Shown piece after piece: positions 16,710-24,913 of a stretch of DNA of 64,000 bases (position 1 is the first letter of the stretch; each line of letters opens with the position of its first letter). The translations under genes were made by a program, and so were the position numbers. Below the pieces are notes generated by a model. That model was not told the origin of the DNA and did not search any database. It saw only the letters and a program-made list of their open reading frames with translations. Source of the stretch: Bacteroidales bacterium (lineage in GTDB: Bacteria > Bacteroidota > Bacteroidia > Bacteroidales > UBA4417); contig DAONEP010000008.1 in NCBI GenBank assembly GCA_035403165.1, positions 355-64,354 of the forward strand, given 5' to 3'.

Positions 16710-18155
16710 TTATTTCTGATCCACTTCGCTGATGCGGAACGTCCAGGCATACCGGCAAGGAGGATTCTTTCGCAGCTTATCAGGAATTGCTATAGTGGTT
16801 ATGCCATTCACCGTCTTCCACTTCAGGTTTCCTTTTGCGCCGAGAAGTGTAATATCGGTCTTTTTCTTTGGCGTAATGCCTTTGATTACAATGGTTTCCG
16901 GGAGGATTTTCTCGTTTTCGGCAGCCAGGTAAATCGCGTTTACGGCTCCGTTTTTCGTCCGGGTGAAGCAAATGTTCCCTTCTTTGTAAGGTGCTACGGG
17001 ACGTGTGGCATAAATAGCATCCCCATTCACTTTCATCCATTCGCCGATACCTTTCAGGCGGTCGTAGGCAACAGGATCGTAATCGCCCAGAGGGCTTGGA
17101 CCGATATTAAGCAGATAATTTCCACCTTTAGCCACGATATCCACGAGGTTATGCACGATGGTCCAAACGGATTTGTAAGTATCGCCCGGCACATACGACC
17201 ATGAATTGCCCATTGTCATGCAGGTTTCCCAGGGATAACCGAGCGGTTTATCAGGAATTTGCTGTTCGGGAGTGCGATAATTTTCAAATTCCGTACCTAC
17301 GGAGCGGTCCACCACGATCAGTCCGGGCTGGTTTTTCCTGCCCATTTTTGCGATGGACGCCATATCGATATCCTGGTCGTAAACGATACCGCGTTGCCAT
17401 TCCACATTTTTATCTACGGTGCTCATTGGGCGTACCCATCCTCCGTCGAGCCACAGGATGTCGATTTTGCCGTAGCCGGTGAGTATCTCTTCAATTTGTT
17501 TGTACGTAAATTCCTTAAAAGCATTCCACCGATCCGGGTACCGGGCCGGATCATAATTCACATTGCGGTCTTTGGGCGGAAAATATGGCCACCAGTAATC
17601 GGGGCAGTGCCAGTCGGGTTTTGAGAAATAGGCGCCGACTTTAAAGCCTTCATTCCGGAACGCCTTGCAAACTTCGAGCCCGACATTGGCTTTCGGATTG
17701 GAATGAAAGGGAGCCTTCGGTGAAGTTATTTTGTAATCTGTCAACCTTGTGTCGAACATGCAAAATCCATCGTGATGCTTAAAGGTGAAAACCACATATT
17801 TAAAACCGGCTTCTTTGGCTGCTGCGGCCCATTTTTCAGGATTGAAGTCAACCGGATTAAACGAAGTCTGGAGGTTTTCATAAGCCATTTTATACCTGAA
17901 ATAGTTGTCGGAAAATTCGCCTTTGCGTTGGGTCCAGCCTTCATCTTCGGGGCACAGGCTCCATGATTCCACAATTCCCCATTGGCTGTATGTTCCCCAG
18001 TGCATAAATATCCCGAATTTCATATCCTGCCATTCTTCCAGGTTTTTTAAAACCAGGGGGTCGGCAGGCGGGATATACGGCGATTCATGTTCCTGGGCGG
18101 GAAGGTAACCTGCTGCAACGGCAAACAGGATAATGATCATTAGCGCTCTTTTCAT
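16710..18155 (-). CDS. alpha-L-fucosidase, glycoside hydrolase family 29
   Basis: 481 aa. Signal peptide plus KFGIFMHWGTYSQWGIVESW and later motifs typical of GH29. It lies next to fucP and the fuc catabolic genes. Confidence 0.85.
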   Translation of the reverse strand: MKRALMIIILFAVAAGYLPAQEHESPYIPPADPLVLKNLEEWQDMKFGIFMHWGTYSQWGIVESWSLCPEDEGWTQRKGEFSDNYFRYKMAYENLQTSFNPVDFNPEKWAAAAKEAGFKYVVFTFKHHDGFCMFDTRLTDYKITSPKAPFHSNPKANVGLEVCKAFRNEGFKVGAYFSKPDWHCPDYWWPYFPPKDRNVNYDPARYPDRWNAFKEFTYKQIEEILTGYGKIDILWLDGGWVRPMSTVDKNVEWQRGIVYDQDIDMASIAKMGRKNQPGLIVVDRSVGTEFENYRTPEQQIPDKPLGYPWETCMTMGNSWSYVPGDTYKSVWTIVHNLVDIVAKGGNYLLNIGPSPLGDYDPVAYDRLKGIGEWMKVNGDAIYATRPVAPYKEGNICFTRTKNGAVNAIYLAAENEKILPETIVIKGITPKKKTDITLLGAKGNLKWKTVNGITTIAIPDKLRKNPPCRYAWTFRISEVDQK

Positions 18156-18216
18156 GGTCGATTGTTTTTAAAGGAACAGTAATTATTAACAAATGGAATT
18201 TGTGCCGGCAAAGGTG

Positions 18217-19461
18217 TCAGCAGGCTTTAACCTGATGCCCTTTCAGGGCATAGAAGAGGATGAAAGCAAACAACGGGATCGGAACAAGAAATCCCGTTGA
18301 CATGCCGTACAGATCAGAGACATAACCCATCGACGGGGGAAATATGGCGCCGCCTACAATGGCCATGACCAGGAATGAAGATGCCTTCTTGGTTTTAGGC
18401 CCTAAATCTTTAATGCCCAGGGCGAAAATCGTCGGGAACATGATTGACATCAGGAAGAAGATGGCATAGAGCGATATCAGTGATATCCAACCCAAATGGG
18501 AACTTACCACAGGCAGCAGCAGGCAGCAGAGAGCGGCGTGGATGGCCAGGATGCGGGTAGGTTTGGTGATACCCATCAGGTAACTTCCTGCCATGCGTCC
18601 GAGCATGAAAAGGGCAAAGCCTATGGATAAAAAGTAAGGGGCATATTTTACATCAAATTGCGGATACTGGCCTTCATCGGTTACGAAGTTGATCAGATAG
18701 CTGAAAATACCTGTCTGGGCTGCAACATAACAGAACTGTGCTATTACGCCGAAAATAAAATGTGGCTGCTTGCTCAACGGGATAAAAAACGAGGGTTTTT
18801 CTTCAACTCCGGAAACATGGGTCCCATGAGCAATGGAGGCATCTTCTTCGGATATTTCGGGAAGCGGAAGGCGCATGAATATCAACGCAAACAAAAGCAC
18901 CACCAGCCCGATGATTCCCATAGGGATGATCAGCGACAGCATTTTCTCACCTTCCGCTTCGCTCTGGTTCCCGTAAATGCTCAGGGCGATAAGCGGCCCC
19001 AGCACCCAGGCCAGCCCGTTGAACGATTGCGAAAAATTTATTCGCTGTTCGGCCGATTCAGGGGGACCCAGTTTGGTAGTGTAAGGATTGGCAGCCGTTT
19101 CGAGTGTGGCAAGTCCGCATCCCAGGATAAACAGACAGATCAGGAAGAGCCAGAATGATTCAAAAGTAGCTGTTCCGGCAATCAGAAAAGCCCCTGCCGC
19201 AAAAAGGGACAATCCGGCGATAATTCCTTTTTTATAACCGAATTTTCTCATGAAATAGCCTGCCGGCAACGCCATGGTGAAATATGCGCCGTAAAGGGAG
19301 AACTGGATAAAACTTGATTGCCATTTTTTAAGGTGGAGTATTTGTTGAAAATGTTTATCCAGGGTATCTACCATCCCGTGTGCAATTCCCCAGAGGAAAA
19401 ACAGGGAGGTGATCATGATAAATGGCAAAATGAAGTCTTTGGTGGTCAGTTTGTGTTTCAT
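18217..19461 (-). CDS. fucP: L-fucose:H+ symporter permease (MFS)
   Basis: 414 aa polytopic membrane protein. The N-terminus FILPFIMITSLFFLWGIAHG is characteristic of the FucP/glucose-galactose transporter family. It sits in the fuc operon. Confidence 0.8.
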   Translation of the reverse strand: MKHKLTTKDFILPFIMITSLFFLWGIAHGMVDTLDKHFQQILHLKKWQSSFIQFSLYGAYFTMALPAGYFMRKFGYKKGIIAGLSLFAAGAFLIAGTATFESFWLFLICLFILGCGLATLETAANPYTTKLGPPESAEQRINFSQSFNGLAWVLGPLIALSIYGNQSEAEGEKMLSLIIPMGIIGLVVLLFALIFMRLPLPEISEEDASIAHGTHVSGVEEKPSFFIPLSKQPHFIFGVIAQFCYVAAQTGIFSYLINFVTDEGQYPQFDVKYAPYFLSIGFALFMLGRMAGSYLMGITKPTRILAIHAALCCLLLPVVSSHLGWISLISLYAIFFLMSIMFPTIFALGIKDLGPKTKKASSFLVMAIVGGAIFPPSMGYVSDLYGMSTGFLVPIPLFAFILFYALKGHQVKAC

Positions 19462-19512
19462 AAAACATAATACGAGTTAGTATTGGTTTATCCTGTTTTG
19501 CCCGAAGAATTG

Positions 19513-20661
19513 TCAAAGCCCGTTTTGTCTCCTGATCCTGATCTGCATGGCATCGTCAACCGGCCGGTCGGCGACCATGATGAGGTAACCTCCGCCGCCG
19601 GCGCCCGAAAGTTTCCACCCTTTGGCCAGGTGCTTGTACTGATCAATAATTTCGAAAATCTCCCGGCCGGCCATATTCGGGAACATAGCAACCTGCGCTT
19701 CGAACGATTGACGGAATGCCGAGCCAAAGGCGTTGACATCCTTTCTCAAAATGGCATCCCAGCAGGCATCGGCAGCAGCGGCAAGCGATTTTGCACCATC
19801 CGTGCTGATGTTGGTGTTATCGATAACCGTGTATTCGCTCACCCGCGGGCCAAGGGTTACCAGGTAAAGGTGATTTTCGAGCCATGACAGGATTTCTTCA
19901 TCCTGGATGCTTTCGGTGCTTACCGGCCAGTAATTGCTTTCGTAATAATGACGGTTAAGGCCGGGGTAAACAATGCCCAGTGAATCCTGCGATCCGGCAA
20001 TTTCAATGGTTCCGGGAGGATTCTCAAAACTGAAAAGCATACGGGCCAGTTGATCCAGATCGCCATGGGGGATTTCGGTACGCCAGAGTTCGATGGCTTT
20101 TCGGCGCGTGCTGGATGCCATCCCCGACCGGTTGTTAAATTCAACGGTAGGTTCGATGCTGATGGTAAGCACAGCGCCGGGATGATATTTCGAAACGAAA
20201 GGTTGGTCGAGCCAGCCGCCGGCAAGGTCAATGCGGTAAGGAATGCGGCAAACGTTGCGCAGCGCCGTTGTAGAACGGACAGGCAGATCGGCATAGGGAA
20301 TCCTTTTCAGCACTCTGTACTCAATCCCGAGTTCGCTGCACAGTGCTTCCTTGGCGGGTGTATGGCCGTCTTCATTCACAATGAAAATATCCGGGCGGAT
20401 ATCGTGCAATTCATTTTCAAAATCAATGATGCCGCTTCCGGAGTTGATGCGGCACTCTTTAACGCATTTCAGGGCTTCGATCATATATCTCCGTTCGTCC
20501 TGGGAATTCACGGTATAACGGCCTTTCAGGTTGTGAATCGTATTATCGGAGCCGATGCATACATATAATTCTCCATAACCGGAAGCCTCTTTCAGGAAAG
20601 CGACATGGCCGCTGTGAAGCATATCAAAACAACCGGTGACAAATACTTTTTTATTCTTCAT
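19513..20661 (-). CDS. Fusion protein: cytidylyltransferase-like (HIGH-motif nucleotidyltransferase, aa 1-~135) + compact fucokinase/HddA-type GHMP kinase-like domain (aa ~140-382)
   Basis: The preferred start is ATG at 20661 (MKNKKVFVTGCFDMLHSGHVAFL). The track's 477-aa ORF has an implausible N-terminal extension overlapping fucK. The N-terminal domain resembles TagD/RibL, with the GCFDMLHSGH HxGH motif and a VRSTT ISTT-like motif. The C-terminal part has GHMP motif I (YRIDLAGGWLDQPF), a degenerate motif II (NRSGMASST) and motif III (KLSGAGGGGYL). Confidence 0.7.
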   Translation of the reverse strand: MKNKKVFVTGCFDMLHSGHVAFLKEASGYGELYVCIGSDNTIHNLKGRYTVNSQDERRYMIEALKCVKECRINSGSGIIDFENELHDIRPDIFIVNEDGHTPAKEALCSELGIEYRVLKRIPYADLPVRSTTALRNVCRIPYRIDLAGGWLDQPFVSKYHPGAVLTISIEPTVEFNNRSGMASSTRRKAIELWRTEIPHGDLDQLARMLFSFENPPGTIEIAGSQDSLGIVYPGLNRHYYESNYWPVSTESIQDEEILSWLENHLYLVTLGPRVSEYTVIDNTNISTDGAKSLAAAADACWDAILRKDVNAFGSAFRQSFEAQVAMFPNMAGREIFEIIDQYKHLAKGWKLSGAGGGGYLIMVADRPVDDAMQIRIRRQNGL

Positions 20662-20677
20662 AACGAATCGATAGGGT

Positions 20678-22159
20678 TCATAAATTACTTTCCGGCAACC
20701 AGTTGGCCCGGAAATCTGAATACAATTGCTGATATGCGCCGGTGCCGGCGCCGGGCAGGAATGTTTCGACCCGATTCTCAACCGAGAGCACAGCTTCTTC
20801 AACAGAATGGTACAAGCCTGCGGCCGGCATGGCAAAAAGCGCTGCTCCGAGCACGGTGGTTTCACTGCGGTTGGAAACCTTGAAGGGCATTTGCAGAACG
20901 TCGGCGCGAATCTGGTTCCAGAGGGCGTTTTTCGTCCCGCCGCCAACGCCGAGCAGGCTTCCGGGTGTAAACGCGCCGGCTTTCTTTAGTATTTCCAGGC
21001 CTGTCCGCGTGTAGTAAGCCAGGGCTTCGAGGGCAGCCCTGTATATTTGCGCCCGCGAAGTGTCATGCCTTAGTCCGTTGATGCACCCTTTGGAAGGAAT
21101 AAAACCGCCGTCGAACAATTCCGGCAACATGGTCACGCCGAAACACCCGGCAGGAATGGCCTGCGCTTCTTCAATCATCAACTGGTAACGGGAAGGGCTG
21201 TCCTTGTATTCGCCGTAGAATAATGCGGTGATCCATTCCAGCACGCCCGAAGCTACCCATTGTACCCCGAGGTCGATAAGGCCGGGCACTGCATCAAATT
21301 CGCAGGTGACTCCTTCCGAAACCGGAGGAATGTTGATTGATTCGGCAGGAGTCCGCGACATCAGAATTTCCCATGTACCGGAGCTGAGCACCGGTTCGTT
21401 GATGCCCGCTCCCGATCCGAAGACGGCAAACTGGGTGTCGTGCCCTGTCGCTACAACGGGAATTCCGGGATCAATACCCAGGTCTTTGGCTGCTGATGCC
21501 CTTATCTTCCCGACCACCGTGCCAGGTTCCACCAGGGGAGGAAATATTTTGGTGCCGATGCCGATGGCTTCCAGGATAATATCCGAAAATTTCCTGCTCT
21601 TTACATTCGTCAGCATCGTCGTGCCGGCCATGGTCGTATCGGTGACGAATTCCCCGGTCATTCTGTGCAGGAAAATGGAAGGCATCATCACATAGGATTT
21701 CATCACCCTCAGGACATCCCAGCGGTTTTCGCGAAACCAGACCAGTTTATTGATCGTATTATAATGATATGGTTGTAAGCCGGTGATCGCCGAAAGCCCC
21801 GCAGGATCGATGTATTTCCCAATGGCATTCATGACCGGGACAGTACGGCTGCATTGCCAGGAAATGACGGGATGGCAGAGCGTGCCGTTTTTCAGCATCG
21901 GCGCCCCGTCGACCCCGAAAGTCGTTGCCGTCACTGCTCCGATGGCGGTATCTTGAAGGCTGGAAATCACATGACGGGAACATGCACATAATTTTTGCCA
22001 GATTTCTTCCACATCCCAGATAAGTCCGCCTTCAAAATCAGGATCAGGGCGGACCATGTTAGGCAATGAACGGGATGCTAGCAGGCTGCCGTTTGCGCCT
22101 ACTGCAACAGCACGAACATTGGTAGCCCCGCAATCCAGCACAAGAACAGCTTTATCCAT
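20678..22159 (-). CDS. fucK: L-fuculokinase (FGGY carbohydrate kinase family)
   Basis: 493 aa. It has the FGGY N-terminal motif VLVLDCGATNVRAVAV and a C-terminal GGG..N..W motif region. It lies immediately downstream of fucI. Confidence 0.75.
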   Translation of the reverse strand: MDKAVLVLDCGATNVRAVAVGANGSLLASRSLPNMVRPDPDFEGGLIWDVEEIWQKLCACSRHVISSLQDTAIGAVTATTFGVDGAPMLKNGTLCHPVISWQCSRTVPVMNAIGKYIDPAGLSAITGLQPYHYNTINKLVWFRENRWDVLRVMKSYVMMPSIFLHRMTGEFVTDTTMAGTTMLTNVKSRKFSDIILEAIGIGTKIFPPLVEPGTVVGKIRASAAKDLGIDPGIPVVATGHDTQFAVFGSGAGINEPVLSSGTWEILMSRTPAESINIPPVSEGVTCEFDAVPGLIDLGVQWVASGVLEWITALFYGEYKDSPSRYQLMIEEAQAIPAGCFGVTMLPELFDGGFIPSKGCINGLRHDTSRAQIYRAALEALAYYTRTGLEILKKAGAFTPGSLLGVGGGTKNALWNQIRADVLQMPFKVSNRSETTVLGAALFAMPAAGLYHSVEEAVLSVENRVETFLPGAGTGAYQQLYSDFRANWLPESNL

Positions 22160-22182
22160 GTTGCTCCGTTGAGGTTGATGTT

Positions 22183-23958
22183 TTATCTTCCGTAAAGAGG
22201 CCCGAAATTTTTACAGGCCCGGTAATCGGCTCCTTCGGGATCGGCAGTACCGAAGGCGTTCCAGGCCGCGGGGCGGAAAATTGCCGAAGCCTTGATATTA
22301 TGCATGCACACCGGGATACGCAGAATGGAGGCTAGAGCTATGAGGTCGGCGCCGATATGCCCGAAACTGATGGCCCCGTGATTGGCCCCCCAGTTGGCCA
22401 TAACCGAATAAACATCGGTGAAAGCGCCGCTCCCCGTCAGGCGGGGGGCAAACCATGTTGTCGGCCAGGTAGGATCGGTGCGTCTGGTAAGGATTTGATG
22501 AACGTCGGCCGGTAATTCAACAGTCCAGCCTTCGGCCAGTTGCAACACAGGTCCCTGGCCTTTTATCAGATTGATCCTGCTCATAGTGACGGGCATTCCC
22601 CCGCGGGATGAGAATTCGCTGGAGAATCCGCCGCCGCGGAAATATTCGTAAATCGCCGAAGGCCACCGCGTGTTTTTAAGGCAACGGTTTGCTTCCTCTT
22701 CAGTAATTTTCCAGAATGGCTTGATGGCGGCTTTTCCGTCAATTGTCTGTTGCCCGGTAAAATCCAGGGCTGAGGCGCCAGAATTAATAAGATGGATAAT
22801 GCCGTTGGCTGCCTGGCCTTCCAGTGATTTTCCGGTGACGCGCTTCACGGCTTCGGGACTCCAATAGGTGCGCACATCGCTGAACATTTGGGCGGTATTG
22901 GATAAAAGGTGCCCAAACAGCATAGCGACTCCGTTAAATGCATCATTTTCGGTAGCCATCAGGAAGACCTGGCGTATGCCGTTCCAGTCAAAGGAACTGT
23001 TAAGGATGGCTTCCATGAAATCGCCGTTCGGAAAATGGTCGGTCCATTGGCGCTGACCCTGGAAACCTGCCAGGATGGCGTTATGCCCCAGGGCTTCCTC
23101 CCCAAAACCGAGTCTTACCAGTTTAGGATTGCCGATCATTAAATCGCGGGCAATCAGGGTCATTTTTACGACAAATTCCCAGGTTTTTTCTTTTTGATCC
23201 TGGGGAAACGGACGGGCATTCATATCCGGCCCTTCAAGGCAATTGGCTTTTGCCCAGTCTAATGCTTTTTCAAACTCATTATGGTCATAAATGCCTTCCT
23301 CGATGCGGCGTATGAATTCGCTCATATCGACATACTCGTTGCGCATTCCGAGGTAGTCGGAGAAAAATGACGGATCTACAATGGATCCGGCAATTCCCAT
23401 TGCTGCCGATCCGAGCGAGAGGTATGATTTTCCCTTCATATAGGCGGCCGCAAGGGCAGCCCTGGTAAACCGGATTATCTTTTCCCTGACGTCGGCCGGT
23501 ATCGACTGGTCATCGGCATCCTGTACATCCTGTCCGTAAATTCCGAAAGCTGGCAGGCCCTTTTGGGCATAACCGGCAAGCGCAGCCGCCAGGTAAACGG
23601 CTCCCGGCCTTTCGGTGCCGTTAAATCCCCACACCGCTTTTGGAATAAGGGGATCCGTATCCATGACTTCGGTACCGTAGCACCAGCAGGGAGTAACCGT
23701 AATGGACACTCCTGCGCCGTTCCTGGCAAACTTTTCGGCGCATTCCGCCGCTTCGGCTACACCCCCGATGCAGGTATCGGCTATGATGCATTTAACAGGG
23801 GAGCCATCGGGATAATGCAGGGTTGAACTGATAAGTTCCGCGGCATGGCGGGCCATGTTCATTGTTTGCTCTTCGAGCGATTCGCGCACACCTTTCCGTC
23901 GGCCGTCAATAACGGGGCGGATTCCAACCAGGGGGAATGATCCTTTAAGCCGGTTCAT
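22183..23958 (-). CDS. fucI: L-fucose isomerase
   Basis: 591 aa, the canonical FucI length. The N-terminus is [28 protein letters not shown], with strong family resemblance throughout. Confidence 0.9.
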   Translation of the reverse strand: MNRLKGSFPLVGIRPVIDGRRKGVRESLEEQTMNMARHAAELISSTLHYPDGSPVKCIIADTCIGGVAEAAECAEKFARNGAGVSITVTPCWCYGTEVMDTDPLIPKAVWGFNGTERPGAVYLAAALAGYAQKGLPAFGIYGQDVQDADDQSIPADVREKIIRFTRAALAAAYMKGKSYLSLGSAAMGIAGSIVDPSFFSDYLGMRNEYVDMSEFIRRIEEGIYDHNEFEKALDWAKANCLEGPDMNARPFPQDQKEKTWEFVVKMTLIARDLMIGNPKLVRLGFGEEALGHNAILAGFQGQRQWTDHFPNGDFMEAILNSSFDWNGIRQVFLMATENDAFNGVAMLFGHLLSNTAQMFSDVRTYWSPEAVKRVTGKSLEGQAANGIIHLINSGASALDFTGQQTIDGKAAIKPFWKITEEEANRCLKNTRWPSAIYEYFRGGGFSSEFSSRGGMPVTMSRINLIKGQGPVLQLAEGWTVELPADVHQILTRRTDPTWPTTWFAPRLTGSGAFTDVYSVMANWGANHGAISFGHIGADLIALASILRIPVCMHNIKASAIFRPAAWNAFGTADPEGADYRACKNFGPLYGR

Positions 23959-24043
23959 ATCAATAAATTACGAGTGGATGGGTCTGTTTCGTTGTTTTGG
24001 ATGAAGGGTATGGTGTTGAAAACTCACCGGGAGTGAATCCTGA

Positions 24044-24676
24044 CTACTTTTTCATGTACCGGTTCATTTCACAGATCTGGTCTTCGGTCAGACGGACGGC
24101 TTCATTATTGCTGCGCATGATGATGCCGCAGGCAAGTTCAAAGAAAAGGGCCCGCTGGATGACTTCATCAAAATCTTTGCCGACGACAACCTGGCCATGG
24201 TTTCGAAGAACCAGCAGGTTGTTGTTTCGCATGGTGTCGGTCACCATCCTCCCGATTTCCGGAGACCCCGGGCAGATATAATCCAGCATGGCGATGGGCC
24301 CGATAAACTGAGGTACTTCGTTAATCACATTGAAGTTGATTGGCGGATTGGGGAGACTTGCCAGCGTTGTCCCGTAAAGTGACTGGAAATGAAGGACTAC
24401 ATTGACATCTTTCCTTGCACGCAGCACTCCGAAATGAAATCCGCTGTCCATTGAGGGCTTTACATTATTGATTACTACACCGTCCGACATGTTGGCGATG
24501 CAGATCTGGTCTTTGGTCATGTATGGAAGCCAGCTTCCGGTTTGGGAGATCAATATTGTCTGTTCGTTGATCCGCCATGAAAGGTTACCGCTGCTGCAGA
24601 GTAGCAATTGATGAGTGCCGATACGGTGAGCGGCATCAACAAAGGCACGCAGGTGACTATCGGTTACAATAGGCAT
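24044..24676 (-). CDS. fucA: L-fuculose-phosphate aldolase (class II aldolase/adducin family)
   Basis: 210 aa class II aldolase-like sequence (SSGNLSWR..., HFQS...). It is the first gene of the fucA-fucI-fucK block. Confidence 0.75.
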   Translation of the reverse strand: MPIVTDSHLRAFVDAAHRIGTHQLLLCSSGNLSWRINEQTILISQTGSWLPYMTKDQICIANMSDGVVINNVKPSMDSGFHFGVLRARKDVNVVLHFQSLYGTTLASLPNPPINFNVINEVPQFIGPIAMLDYICPGSPEIGRMVTDTMRNNNLLVLRNHGQVVVGKDFDEVIQRALFFELACGIIMRSNNEAVRLTEDQICEMNRYMKK

Positions 24677-24913
24677 TTCTGAAAAAGGTTTTGTTGTTGG
24701 GTCGCAAGTTTACAATAATTGGCGCTTCATTGATCGGTTTGCCCTAAATTATTATCAATCTAAACTGATATATCAGCAGGGATTCATGCCGCAGCTTCCC
24801 TTTTCCTGACCGGGATAAATTTACGAACAGAATTCCTGTTGCCGGAAAGGTGTCGCAATTGTTGAAATAGGCAGAATTTCTGGTGCCGGAAAAACCCCGA
24901 AGGGAGAGGGGGG

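Noticed and set aside
19513-20946. The track's 477-aa ORF, which extends the cytidylyltransferase-GHMP gene 95 codons upstream.
   Set aside because: The extension overlaps the 3' end of fucK (20678..22159) in another frame and is Pro/Arg/Cys-rich with no coding character. The ATG at 20661 gives a canonical MKNKKVFVTGCFDMLHSGH N-terminus 16 bp after the fucK stop.
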